Shown in pieces: positions 36,719 through 50,132 of a stretch of 64,000 bases of DNA. This stretch comes from Lama guanicoe. Its lineage: Eukaryota. A program made the translations under genes and the position numbers. Below the pieces are notes generated by a model, which worked only from the letters and a program-made list of their open reading frames with translations, made no database searches and had not been told where the DNA came from. Every line of letters begins with the position of its first letter. The first letter of the stretch is position 1. The DNA lies in NCBI GenBank assembly GCA_013239625.1, contig MU055864.1:6307083-6371082 (forward strand). Reading direction: 5' to 3'.

Positions 36719-37239
36719 GATCCGCTTCATTATCATTTAAAAGTTTCATCATCTCAAATATTTTAAACTCAGCATCCCTTCTTTCAGAGGTTCCAGGCAC
36801 CTGAGCTTTTCCAGGACTCTGAAACACCAATAGACTTGCTTCTTTTTTTCTCACTCACTGCCAACGAAGGTTTCAACTTCTTCTGATCTGTTACCAGTCA
36901 CCTGCCATCTAACGGCTTTTCAGCTTCCAAATGGTGCTTTCATCTGCTTTCCCTGTTACTTTGTCCGTGTGTTTGTGTACGCATGCGCCCATACACTTCT
37001 ATTGTCACATCGGGGGGAAAGGCAATAAATACAAGTTCAAATCTCCGTGTTTAAGTGCAAGTCACAGTAGCATTCTTATAATAGCAAGCAAAATTGGAAA
37101 CAACCTAAACACCCACCCACAGATGTTTCAAGCACCACCAAAGATATTTAAGTGTTAAAGCACAGTAGGTCCACACGAGGCAGCACCACAGAGCTGTACA
37201 GTGTTGTGTTACATAGATGCAGGCAGTGGGGCGGCTACG

Positions 37240-37430
37240 AACACAGATCCTGACCCTCAGCAGCTGTGTAACTTCAGGTGAGTTACTTTACCTCTCCATC
37301 CCTCAGTTTCCCCATCTATAAAATGGGATAACAGTACCTACCTTGTAGAGCTGTTGTGAGGATTAAAGTGGTTGATATGTGTAAAGATGAATAACTGCAG
37401 GTAAACAGTTAAGAGTACATAAGAGTGATT
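37240..37430 (+). mobile_element. MIR SINE
   Basis: cctcagtttccccatctataaaatgggataacagtacctacc...gttgtgaggattaaa. Confidence 0.85.
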
Positions 37431-39019
37431 ATTGTTACTAACAAAAAAATGAAGTTTCATGAATTTATACATGAAAATGTACTCTCTAAGGTATATTAGT
37501 TCAAAAAAGGGGAAAAACAGTATGCATAAAAGGAAAAGGACATATAAAAACAATATGATCACACTTTTAAAAGGACAAAGGTACGTACAAATATGCATAC
37601 CCTTCTGAAAGGATACTCAAGAAACTGTAAACATAGTTATCTTGGGGCAAAAGGTAGAAGGGACTTTGAATTTAACGTCTTTTGGCATTCTTTGATTTTT
37701 TTTTATCATGTGTACTTAGTAATGTTACAATTAAGAATAAGCAAATTGTAGATAATTGTTGAAGCTGGGGTTTATTATTAATTATTATAATTAATATTTA
37801 TTATTATAACTTATATTATGATTTATCATATTATGATTTCCACTTCTGTGTATTTTGAAATCTTCTGGAATAAAGAAATTTAAAAATAAACTAAAGCAAG
37901 TAACTCATCATCTTTTGGGGGGATACCGTCCAAAATCCAATGCGGACTAATTGGATAGCATGAAATAATTCCTTTAAGAAAGCCTCCTCATCCAGCTGCA
38001 GGGGGGCGTTCCCACAGAGGCACACAGAAGCCAAATGGCAGAGAACCAGCTGTTCTAGGAAAACACTACTGAGGATTTACTACTATTGCAGGAAGTTTTA
38101 ACAAAAATTTTGAAATTTTTCTAGGCCCTAAAATGCTTTTTTTCCTAGAAAGCCTTGTTTTCAATACTGCCTTTTTAGGGAACTTCTGGCTTTCTGATCA
38201 GCTAACTACCCGCAGAATGACCTTATATGTGAGTGAAAACAGGTATGTAATTTCTCAACTCTCATAGCAGGTTATCAACTTTATCATCTACTCATTTGCT
38301 TTCCAAATTATATGCATCTACCCTGATGCAGCAAGACAGGAGACAAGCATTCCAGACTCTCACCAGTAGGTGCAATTTAAACTAGCATTCACTCCGCTAT
38401 TATCACGTTTTTGGATCGGACAGGTGATCAACAGAGCCGACTGTCTACAGCGCATGTGCACTCCATTAGTTCCTTTAGGGACTCTGAGTTTTATCCTTTG
38501 ATCAGATTAGAACACCAGAAGCCTCGATATTTGAACTATAATTAGATTAGCCCATAATAGATTACCTTTAATTGGATAGGTTTTATCCAACATTGCTATA
38601 AGAAATGGCCAGAAAATTTTGCTATAAAATGTTCTTCACTATGCCATCCATATAAAGCCATCTGAAAAGTTTTAGAAATCGAGGCCAAGAAGAATTTTCC
38701 TATACCACAGAACTGAAGGGATTTCTTCTGATAAAGACAATCACATACTTTAAGCATCTCCCTCACTTTCTCAAGCTATTGGGAAGCTCAGAAATGGATC
38801 TACTGCCCAGTAACAGCAACTCTGCTCACCAGAATAGTCAGGAAGCTTTCATCCTTATTCCTTAATCTTTATTTTCTATTTCATTCAATTTTGTGTACGT
38901 CTGTCTTTTTTTTTAATCCTTTTTTTTTAAACTTAATTGATCCTCTTCAAAAGTTTAATAGATTACATCCCAAAGAGGTTTACACTTCCTGGGGGGATCG
39001 GGGTCAGGATCTTTTTCTT

Positions 39020-39445
39020 CTGGCAGGATAACCAGGAATGGTTTCATGAAGACACGGCATTTGAGCCAAGCCTCTGGGAATAGATAGGGTTGACAAACAC
39101 TGGGAAGAATGCTACTGGCAGAAGAAGGTGTGAATAAAAGAGTGATGGAAAGAATGCACAGGCCGCTTTGGAGTAACAGGGGAGTAATAGGACTCGTTTT
39201 GGCCGAGGCATGAGGTGGTAGAAGAGATGAAGGGAAGGCAGGAAGGCTCAGGTCACAAGGAATCCATGTGCCAGGCTGAAGATTCAGCAGTAAAGCACAA
39301 GAGAAGGATTCTTCCCCCAGAATAGGGAAAACTACTGTATATTTCTAGGCAGAGGATAGAAACTATCAAGACAGAGTTTAAAGACCAATATCAAATAATA
39401 CAACTGCTATAGCAAGGTCCCAGGTGTTGCGGCATGAAGTGTGAT
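39020..39445 (-). mobile_element. L2 LINE fragment
   Basis: ggtttcatgaagacacggcatttgagccaagcctctgggaatagatagg...gtgccaggctgaagattc. Confidence 0.55.
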
Positions 39446-39864
39446 TAAAAGCACTAACCAAGGGCTTAACCTCAGAAAGACCACAAAAGAGAACGGCGTC
39501 AGGCACACAGTTATGGGGGCCAGGCTCTCCCCCAAATCCTGTCATGGATGTTTAAATCATGCTTTCCTTTAGGGATACCTTGGGAAACATTAAACAATAT
39601 CACACGCTTAACCATAGAATTTAAAATGAATTCTTGCCCAAACGTTGATGAGGGGAGTTTGTTTTTGTTTTTAATTCAAGACTTCCAGCCAATAACTTTA
39701 GAGGGAATAACGGAAGTTAATAATTATCACTTTGCCACTTTGAGATAGTAGAAGTAAGCAGCATCACTGGTGGATGCTGCAACCATCAGGTGAGCCTTTG
39801 AGGACAGAAAGGGTAACACTCCTAGAAAGAACACCATAAAGATGAAGTCTTTCTAAAAAACAAA

Positions 39865-40448
39865 AATACTAATTCAANNNNNNNNNNNNNNNNNNNNNNN
39901 NNNNNNNNNNNNNNNNNNNNNNNNNNNNNNNNNNNNNNNNNNNNNNNNNNNNNNNNNNNNNNNNNNNNNNNNNNNNNNNNNNNNNNNNNNNNNNNNNNNN
40001 NNNNNNNNNNNNNNNNNNNNNNNNNNNNNGCCATTTGCAGCAACATAGACGAACTTGGAGGCATTATGCTAAGTGCAACAAGTCAGACAGAGAAAGACAA
40101 ATACTGTATGATATCATATATGCAGACTCTAAAAAATACAACAAACTAGTGAATATAACAAAAAAGAAGCAGACTCACAGACATAGAGAACCAACTAGTG
40201 GTTACCAGTAGAGAAAGGGAAGAGGGGAGGGGCAATATAGGGGGAGAGGAGTAAGAGGTACAAACTATCAGATATAAAATAAGCTGTAAGGGCATACTGC
40301 ACACCACAGGGAATACCACCACTGTTTTATAATAACTATAAATGGAGCATAATCTTTAAAAATTGTGAATCACCGTACTGCACACCTATAACTTACATAA
40401 TATTATACATCAAATATACTTCAAAAACTAGTAAACAGGAAAAAAAAG
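39865..40448 (+). mobile_element. 5'-truncated L1 3' end
   Basis: gccatttgcagcaacatag...agtcagacagagaaagacaaatactgtatg...atcaaatatacttcaaaaa; N-run 39878-40029. Confidence 0.9.
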
Positions 40449-40659
40449 ATCACAGACTAATACTTAGAGTTGCCTCATGCAGAGTCCTCTTTCTTTGAAG
40501 TATTTTATCTCCTTTGAAATATTTGTTGCTACTAGAAGGAAGAGATAAAACATTCCTGTAAAGTAAAATTTTTAAAAAGGCTTTCTAATGGAGTGATCAT
40601 CAGACCAGCTGGTCTATCTAGGACACAGGCAGTGGAAAACGTGAGATTGCCAGACACAA

Positions 40660-41330
40660 TGTGCTTCACAACAGAGATGCAGTAAGTAGGACATGCCACC
40701 ACCTGGGAAGTATTCTTGCCTAGAATAATTAAACCTGAATCTAATCGTGACTCCAGATGTAAATAATATTTTACAAGAGAAACAGTAGGAGGAACTAGTT
40801 AAATGACACCATGAGGAAGTGATCGGATAAACCCAGAATGCAGACCACTCTGCAGGATAAATGACTCATTTTCAAACAAATCAATAGCATTTTTTTTAAA
40901 AGTCTAAATTAGAATAAATAGAATAAAAAGGACTTGAGACATAATAATCAAATGGAATATATGGATATTATTTAGGTCCCGATTTGAATAAACCAACCTT
41001 TAAAAAGACTTTTAAAAGGCGATCAAAGAAGTTTGAATATGGGCTGGTTATTAATGTCAAGGAATTATTGGAAATGTTGAAATATGATAATGCCATGTTG
41101 GTTATGTAAAAAAAGAAAAAAAGTCTTCATCAAATAGACAAGCATACTGAAATTTTTATCAGCAAAATAACATGGTGTTTAAAATTTGCTTTAAAATACT
41201 CAAGAAATAAAATTAAGGGGATAGGTGAAATAAGATTTGCAAAATATTAGTAACTATTGAAGATGAGTGATGGGTACGTGGGGGGTTTACTATGTTATTC
41301 TAATTTTGTGCATGTTTGAAAATTTGTCAG
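40660..41330 (+). mobile_element. Old L1 (L1MC/ME-type) 3' UTR fragment
   Basis: gaagtattcttgcc...aacctgaatctaatc...gtttgaatatgggctgg...gagtgatgggtacgtgggggg. Confidence 0.7.
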
Positions 41331-42129
41331 AGTTATTTATTTTAATGGGTGCTTTACAGAGACTAGTGTGAAAAGTCTATATTTGTTTTTGTATTTGATG
41401 AGATAAAGGGGTTGTTTTAGTGTACAGGATGGGAACTTGGACATATACTAGCCCCAACAGTATATTTGGTTGAGGGAACAAGAATGCATTATTTTATCCA
41501 GTGTGAAACGACACTGTTCTGTAGTTCCAGTTTGTGGAGACCAGAGAGAAGAAAAATCTTTCCTGACTCTCACAAAGAACATTTCTTTGCACTAACCTAC
41601 CTCCTGGGTTCTCTTGCCTAGATCCGTGCAAACATCGAGTCCCACAGCCCCTTCCATGAGCCACCAGAGATTGGCTCCTTAACCCCAGGTTACCTAGCTT
41701 ACAGCTAAGCCACGAGGCCAGGACCTGACACGGTGACTGGCCCCATGTTGCCAGTGTGGGTACCTCGACCTGAAACCTAAAGTGTCCCTGACACGTAGTG
41801 AGCACGTTGACCAAAACGTGTCCGTCAATTCCAACTCTCGGTCAGCAAGTATCATCGAGCACTGATTACGTGCAGGTTAAGAATGTAGGTCTTTTTAAAT
41901 GAAGGACTGAGCTTTATCTCATAAAATGATATCTCCTGCACCTACAGCATCACCTGTGTCATCACTATCACCATCAACTCTAACCTGAGAAGGTCAAACG
42001 GGAGAGCACTCTAGGAGATAGGAGGTTTATATCTGGAAGAATTGGACATCTCCCTCCCCGAAAGGAATGGTAGGCAGAGTTTAGCAATGACCAGTAATGT
42101 TCCTGTCTTCTTGAGGACAGATCCTGTTC

Positions 42130-42450
42130 CTTCTCTGTGGTGGATGCCAGATACCCCACCCAGCCCCGCTTCAGGAATAAAGGACCTAGTTAGTCAGCTG
42201 CCAGCAAGGTTGCCAGCAGATGGCCTTCAGCTGTCGTCTCCAGGAATGTGAAGGCAACTGTTTTGCCCAGATTAACCTCACCTCCTGGGCAGCCAGTGAA
42301 GGGTTGACCCAGAAGTACAAAGGCCTTGTGCCTTCAGTGAGACTTGAGACAACTCTGAAGGGCCACGCCAGTCTCTGAGGCCCCCACAGGATTAGCTGAA
42401 GTCTTCATCAAGGCTGCATCGTAGCCCACCCTCTCCCGCTGCCCACAGAC
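42130..42450 (+). mobile_element. LTR16-like ERVL solo LTR fragment
   Basis: cagatggccttcagctgtc...gacaactctgaagggcca...caggattagctgaag. Confidence 0.55.
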
Positions 42451-43039
42451 CACCCGCATCCAGCACACAGAGAGGCCTGGAACAGCCAATCTTGCCAAGA
42501 TCCCAATTTCCAACCTCTTTGCTTAAACCACCTGGATATGAAGAACATTAAATGGCTGCCTTGCTTAAAGGCATTTATTATGGAGACAACGTTATGCCTT
42601 CTGTCTCCCGCCCTCCCTCTGTTGGGGCAAGGCGGGCACGTGTCACCTTCCAGGACTAAGCCAAGGCCTGGAATGGAAGCGTCTATCAAGAATGCCGGTG
42701 GTTCCGTGGGGCCATCTCCTGCGTTCACTGCTGTGCTTGGCACAGAACCTGGAGCACAGGAGAAGCTCACTAAATACTCATCTTAACGCAAGAAAAAAAG
42801 GGAAGAGAGAGGGAGAGAGGATAAAGGAAGGAAATGCCACCTTCACCATGAACCTCTTCTCCGTGTCCAGACCAGGATAACACGTATTCTGTCCTGGGAC
42901 CTTGAGCTGCATGAAGGAAAGACCCGTCTGTGTTCATCTTTGCATCCCTACTGCCTGTCACTGACCGAGAGGCACAGCAGGTGCTCAGGAAGCTTTGTCT
43001 TGAGTGAATGAAAGAAAAGATATTCTGCCAACCAAAGGC

Positions 43040-43460
43040 AGTGTTTAACCATCTATCACTGAGTAACAAAAACCCTGAAATTTTATCAGCTTAAAACAGC
43101 CACCGGGATTTGCTCACCGTCTGGGCTCAGCTGGACAGTCTCCTGCGGGGTCCTCACGAGGCTACGGGGTCTAAGAAGGCCTCGTCTGCACGTCCCGCCG
43201 CGCAGCCAGGCGCCGCACTTCCCGTCCAGCAGAAGAGCCACGGCTTCCCCCTCAGCGACGGCAGCGTTCCACGGGGCAAGCCCCGGGCGCTACGTGAGGT
43301 TTATCAAGCCTCTGCTTGGGTCACGCGGCCGGCGCACATTGGCCGAGGCAAGTCACGTGGTCCAGGCCCGCGCCAATGAGGGAGGAGACGACCCCGCCTA
43401 CACACCGCCTGCGGGGAGGCTTCATTAGGGCCCGTGAGTTACGTAACAAATTGCAGCGGG
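43040..43460 (-). mobile_element. Ancient MLT1J/K-like solo LTR forming an orphan CpG island
   Basis: MLT1J/K signature tcaagcctctgcttgggtcacg...cattggccgaggcaagtcacgtggtccaggccc and gtaacaaaaaccctgaaa...gcttaaaaca; ~36 CpG hand-counted in 43100-43460. Confidence 0.75.
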
Positions 43461-44949
43461 CAAGCTAACCCAGGTTTAGCTACTTAAGGCCAGACTTCTG
43501 GAAGGATTCTTTTTCTGCTAATGGTTCCCAGGTGACTTGGACTTAAGACTTTCAGAGGCAGTAAGAAAGAACCCACCAGGCAAAACCCTGCAGAGAAGCT
43601 GAGTGTGGGAAACACCTGGGCTGCCACGCACAGTGGTGGCAGGTAAGGGTGGCCAGGGTTGGGAGATGCCACATGGCTTCTGGAAAACCACCTCCTTTGA
43701 GTTCAGGCCAGCTCAGGAGTTCCATCTCTCCTAGGACTCCAGGGGTAGTGGGTCCCACCACCTGGTTTGGACGCAGGGGACGACTGGGCAGACAAGCAAG
43801 CCTGTGGGCAGGAAGCTGTGGATGAAGGAACCAGAAGAAAAGATGCAGGAACAGGCCCGGAAGCTGGGACCAAGAAGACCTCAGCTGTACTGCTGCCTCC
43901 TGAATTTGTCAGTGAAGGACCCTGGTTGCTCCCCAACCTCACACATCCTGTGCTGGGTCCCCTGTGCACCCTGAGTCCTCAGAGCTCAGCACTTGGGGCC
44001 TCTCTCTGCTCCTTGGAAACCACTGAATATGTCATGCTCTGAGTAATTAGTACAATTAGCTTGCAGTAATTATATCATTTCTCTTCTCATCTCCTTTAAT
44101 ATGGTGTAAACATTTATGCAAATTGAGAATATCTTCAATTATCAAATATTTATATAACATCTGCTATGAGACAAAAATCTAACTGAATTAAGAATTCCAA
44201 GGTAAACTATTTCAAATCCTAAAACTTCTGGAACTCTGAAGTCCTTACCTGGAAAGTGATTTATCTGGGAGGTATGGGTGGGGTTGGAGTGGAGAGGGCT
44301 GTCCATGGTTAATGACAAACCTTTGGCGTAGAGGTGGATTCACAGTTGCCTGAGTTACAAGATTGCCCCCTAACACTAAGGTCACACTTACAGGTGCCAG
44401 AGGTTAGGACTTCAACATATTTCGACAGGGACACAATTCAACCTACAACACCCCCATAGGCCACCTGGGGAAGAGCCTTTCTTCCATAGCAACTGAGTAC
44501 AGGGATCCCTGAGTGAGAGATCTGGGGCCCCATCTAAGTCGTAAAATCCACCCTTCTTTTTCCTGGCACCTGGTTCTCCATTGTGCTAGCTTCCATCTAG
44601 AGGCCAAAAGTCATCTTTGGAGCATAGGATTCTTTTGCTTTGGGGAGAATACACTGATTGTTCTTTCATTTATGCTAAGTAAAGCAAATATCCTGTTATG
44701 AGATAGGGTGACTCAAAATAAAAAATTAAAAAAAAACTCTGATAATATAAAAATCTGTCTTCACTGACTGTTTCTAGGGAAAGCAGTTGGGCCTGGATTT
44801 TGGGTAGGGCGAAAATGGTTTCAAGTGTATTCCTTTGCCTGAGGTGGAGGTGGGAGAAGTGGATGTAGGGAGGTGTGGGTGGGAACTACAGGCCATACAG
44901 TATGGAGCCCGGCTGAAGGCGAAGGGGAAAGTCACCCTGAAGCTGCACT

Positions 44950-45364
44950 GGCGTGTGTGCTGGAGCTGGCTGCGTGGACTTGCAATAGATGATTGTAAAC
45001 TTCTCCGAAATTTTGCAAGCTGACTGATAACCATTACCATCATTAAAAATTAAACTATATAAACTTGTAATTAAATATGTGATATTAAAAACAAAGTTAA
45101 CTACTCAAGCACTCAAGCTCATCACTTCATAATTATTTTACTAGATTTCCATCATCTGTATTTCTGTTGTCCAATGTGTTGGCTGGTGGAAATACTACAC
45201 AGGGTTATACAGTGTGTGCCACTGTGCATGTCTTCCCAGCTCCCATTCAGTGACATCACAGCTGGCAGCCCAAAATTGACCACGGTGGGATTCACATCAC
45301 GGGAAGTGCGACGACTAGGAATCAGCCCCCTCCAGCCAGTTGTTAGATGCCTACTAGCACACTA
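44950..45364 (+). mobile_element. MER63 (hAT-Blackjack) DNA transposon
   Basis: gtgtgctggagctggct...attaaaaattaaactatataaacttg...ttcagtgacatcac...gttgttagatgcctactagcacac. Confidence 0.85.
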
Positions 45365-46134
45365 GGAGTCATCTGGTTTCCAAGACTGATTGTCTTTTCT
45401 ATGCTGGAAAATTAAGGAGCAGACTGGTGTCTATGCACAGTATGGGAGAGCCCAGCAGCCTGGGCAAGGAGGTGATGAGGTGGCAAGTGGTGGTGTAGAT
45501 GGAGACAGTCCAGGCCAGAGAGCTGATACCTCTAAGGATTTATAGACTGTACCACTGACTCAACTCCATTCTGAGACCCATCCCCCTAAAATAAAAAGGA
45601 ACATATAAACGTTTTCCTTGAGGATTTTCAGAAACACTCAGAACCTGAGGAAGGACTGAGTTTCCACTCATGCCACAGGCAGGGGCTCCAACTGTTCTAT
45701 TCACAGAGACTGACAAGCTCTCAATTCCAGAAAGTTAATGGCAGCCTTTCCTGTAGGCTTTCTTAGGACTGGCTGTGATCTAATGTGCTCCAGAACTCGC
45801 CCAGGGGGTGCTGAATGCAGCATTTCCCAACACTGCTCATGGGCCAGGACGCCACAAAAACAAACTTTGCACAGCTCTAAACGAGGCACGTGGGGATCGC
45901 AGCAATCCACTCGGCCAGCGGGGCATTTTCTTGCCCTGATTATAGTTCCATGATCCTTAAGGAGGGAAATGCTTGTTAATTTCCCACACGTGATCATGCT
46001 CAGAGGGCTCCCTTACTGCCCTTCCTCCTCACTCCATCACCCAAAATACACAACAGGAAGAAATCTTTTTGCAATGATATAATATGAAAGTGACCGCAGA
46101 ATACTGGTATCTCCATGACGGCATCAGTTAGGGT

Positions 46135-46318
46135 CGGGGTGGCTAGATTTAGCAAACAGAAATGTAGGATGCCCAGTTAAATTTGCATTTCAGATAAACA
46201 AGGGATCATTTTTAGAATCTTCAAGCCCCATGCAATCTTTGGGACATACAAATACTAATAATGTATTAGTTGTTATCTGAAAATTTAACCGGGCACCCTG
46301 TGTGCTCCTGGGATCCCA
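46135..46318. mobile_element. MER53 palindromic MITE
   Basis: agatttagcaaa..aaatgtaggatgcccagttaaatttgcatttcagataaac...ttgggacatac...gttatctgaaaatttaaccgggcaccctgt; arms are self-complementary. Confidence 0.85.
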
Positions 46319-46374
46319 AGTGAGGGCAGGACTTTTAAGGGGTGCTGTCAGGTCTTTGGGGAGGCAGTCGTGGG

Positions 46375-46600
46375 GTGGTGGGAAAAGAATATGTTTTGGA
46401 GTCAGATCTGGTGGGACTGAGTTTGATCACTTACTTAGCAACATGAGTAAGTTAATCAACCTTGCTGAGCCTCAGTTTCCCAGCTATAAGTAGTTACAGG
46501 AGATAAAACTTTCCTCACGAGGTGGTTGGTAGAATGAAATCTGAAAATTCATGAAACAGACTCCAGCACAAATTACCTACACATAGTAGCTGCTAAACCA
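46375..46600 (+). mobile_element. MIR SINE
   Basis: ttggagtcagatc...gtaagttaatcaaccttgctgagcctcagtttccc. Confidence 0.75.
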
Positions 46601-47874
46601 ATGTGAGTTCCACTCCCTCCCCATACTGCCCTCTTTTGGGGGGATCTGTTGCTGAGGAAACAAGTAATTCTGCTGGACTTCTGAGGGATATTGTGAGGGC
46701 TACAGCCACATGTGAAACTTTCACCTTCTACAGGGCTTCAGTAGTTCGGAGTCAGAACCTGACTGACAATTTGTGGGACAGCCTTTGGTCCCTGAAGACA
46801 ACGTGCCCACGTAGAGGCCATTCTAGCGAGACTAGCCCAGTAGCCCTTCGTCTACCTAATGATTCAAACATTCAACAATTCTACCAGGGACAATTAGTTA
46901 AAGTCTTTACAGAAAGAAGCCTCCTTGTTTTAATTGTAAGGTGCTGACTTTACCAATACCGTTCTCTTGGTTTGTGAACTGTGGCCAGGGAGAGAGGGAG
47001 AGTCCCGCCTCGGTGGCTCTCCATGTGTTTCCCTGTCACCCTGTGGCTGACACACCTCATGTTACTCTCAATTTCCCTGGGTGACGAAGAACCACCCCAT
47101 GTATGCTCCGAAGATGGTAAGTATTTCAAGCTGTGAGTCTTTGTCTTGATACTGGTTTGTATAATTACTTTGATTACAGTCGATTCTTTAATTATGTTCC
47201 CTTTGGACTAATGCTAATTATTTAAAATTAGTTTGTAGCATGCCTGGATTGACAGGGAAAAAAAATCAGTTGGCTTGGGCAGTGAGGAGAATTAGAGGCA
47301 AATTGGGGGCCACTCAATATGTATTCTAAACTGGTTGTGAGAGTTCTAGAAGCTGATTGTCCGTATGTATCAATATAGATGGCAAAATTTTAAAAAAAAG
47401 CCATTTCCTGCAAGAGAAATGAGAACAGTCCAAGGTTACCGTTGTTCTAATTATGGTTTTGGTTTTCCCCAGAGCACAGGAATCTTCACATTCTTTTCAA
47501 AATAGCATTAAGGAAGTTGGAAGCTTCCTTTTAATGAAAATGCAACTTCACTTGAGTGTTTAAAAATACCCCTTGAACACAAAATCAATTGTGAACCTAC
47601 TTACTGCTTAGGTATCAAGGATGTTGGTTGTAAGAGTTTGAATTATATGATAAAGAGGGAAAAGCCATACTTAATGCAATGACCCAGAAAAATAATTTAT
47701 CTCACTATTAACTTCTTTGGAGAGAAGCCTTGCTTGTAGAAAACAAAACAAAACAAACTCTGCTCATTGTTAGTAATGACTTTAAACTGTTTTTAGAGTC
47801 AGTCTATGGACAGCACCAAGGGTTGACAAAGAAGGGGAGCAGCTGGACCTCTCATGCGTTGCCCTGGTGTAAAC

Positions 47875-48415
47875 ATACACTTACTGCACAGTCCAGCAAT
47901 CCCACTCTTAGGTATTTACTCAAGAGAAGTGCAAGACATCCACACAAAAAGCTGTATGTAAAGACGTATAGCAGTTGTATTTATAACGACCCCAGACCAG
48001 AAAAAACCCAAATGCCACTCAACTGGTGAACAGATAAATTATATACTACATCCAAGGCAAAAGGATACTACTCAACAATAGAAAGGAGCAAATTATTGAC
48101 ACACGCAAAAACCACCATGGTACCCAGTGAAAGTGGCCGGATGGGGCCTACACACCGATTCCATTTATTGTGGAAAAAGCAAAATTCGAGGGACAGAGAA
48201 CAGATCCGTGGGTGCCAGGGACTGGGGATGGAGAGCGATTCACTACAAAGGAGCGAGAGGGAACTTCCGCAAAGATGGAAACGCTCTGTCTTGATTATGG
48301 TGCTGGTTACATGACTATATGGGTTTGTTAGAATTCATAGACCGGCAGTCCTGGAAAAGGTGAATTTTACTGCATGTACTAAATTATACTGACTCAATAA
48401 AACTGATTTAAAAAC
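47875..48415 (+). mobile_element. Old L1 3' end
   Basis: ccagcaatcccactcttaggtatttactcaagagaa...gtgaattttactgcatgta...ctcaataaaactg. Confidence 0.8.
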
Positions 48416-49774
48416 CAGTCATTTTGTGACTTCCTAAGTATCATGCTGATGTTGTAAAAGCTTTCATTAACACTCTTGATGCAAACAAGTGTGGGGAAGG
48501 TGGGCAGATCCTTCACACTTCAAATATCTAGCCCAGATGTGGGGCTATAGCTGCTTTGTTCTGTCTGAGCAGGGGACAGAGTGCTCCTGGAGAACATTTC
48601 CCTCTGTAAGATGTCTTCCATCCCATGGACATCTGCTCACTGTCCATATGGTCCACGGATGCCCAGACATGAAGTACTAAGTAACCGCTGAGTTTGCATT
48701 TGTCTACTTGGCTTTAAAGACCTCTCAACCATGCTGTGGGGGCTGTTCCTTTTTAATAAATGCTGTGTTGAATATACAGTCATCGACACAGATCTGTGGG
48801 GGTGCTCCAGCATACATCCAGTGGATGCAATGACAGGCAAGTGCCCAGAGCCACCATGAGCGGGGGTGCTCATCCTTCTCATTGCACATGAATCTACACC
48901 TGCCTGAGGTGCTAAAAAGGATAAGCAGTATTGTCTTACTCACAGAATGGAATCTCTTTGGAGGCATAGGGCCAAGAGACTGTATGCTTAGGATATAAAA
49001 TGTCTAATGCAAAGTTTTAGGGTTCTGCCTATTGAACTTGGGAATCTAATTATAATGAGAGGGCTTGGGGGATTAAAAAAAAGTATTCCCATCATTGACT
49101 TCCTCCACCACATCAGTTCCACTCTAGTGTACATCATTTTGCTATAGCTGAAAACAGAATACCTTAGAAGAATCAAAGCACAGCGGATATAAACACGACC
49201 ACAATCCACAAAGTCATTCTAACAGTGGGTAGGAATGCAAACTTTGGGGCTTGGCTGCAAACCCCACAAACTAGCTTTGTAAGCTTGTGGGAGTTCATTG
49301 ACCTCGCAGATCCTATTTCCTCTTTTGAAAGACAACAGCAGTCACCTCACGGATTTGCTGTGATGATTAAATGGGGTAATACATATGTAAATAACTTTGC
49401 AGGCCGCTTCAACAGTAGTTATTTTGCCCAAGTGTTACCTGTGACCAATGCGAGGTGAGGCTCCCTATACTTTGAGCCAAACTCATATTTCTGTCTTCCT
49501 ATAACAGGCTGGTCAGTCATGGCCGCAGTTGCTTCCTCCCCGTGGGCAGCCACATGTGGATTTTTTTACAAGCAGGAATTGAAGGTCAAGAGCAGAGGCT
49601 GCTGTCAGTGCGAGAGCCCGGGGCTCAGTGACAAATGACAGCTCAGCATAAGGCAAGGATCCTGCTCAGAGCTTCAGGCCCCTGGCTCAGCTGTCACGCC
49701 ACGCCCTAGCCCTGACATGTCAACTCCTATGGGGCCTAAGGTTTGTTTCTTTTATCAAGAATTATTTTTCAGTT

Positions 49775-49990
49775 CAGAGTTTGAGATTTGCAAATATTAA
49801 TTACTATATATAAAACGGATAAAAAAACCAACTTCCACAAAGCACAGGGAACTATCTCAATATCTCATAGTAACCTCTAGTGAAAAAGAACAAGAAAAGG
49901 AATATACGTATGTGTATGCATGACTGGGACATTGTGCTGCACACCAGAAATTGACATATTGCAACCGACTGTACTTCAATTAAAAAAAAA
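49775..49990 (+). mobile_element. Short young L1 3' UTR insertion
   Basis: gagtttgagatttgcaaata...caccagaaattgaca...gactgtacttcaattaaaaaaaaa; same 3' end type as the copy at 14.9-15.1 kb. Confidence 0.85.
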
Positions 49991-50132
49991 ATTCTTTTTT
50001 GGCAGATCAGTCTCCTGGCCTCCCAGGGCAGAGCAAGACAAAGGAATGCAGAGTGGAGCTGAAGGAGTAAATTGAGGATATTCTGCAGATTGGATACCCA
50101 CCTCTGTCTCATGAAATTATACATCCACACCC

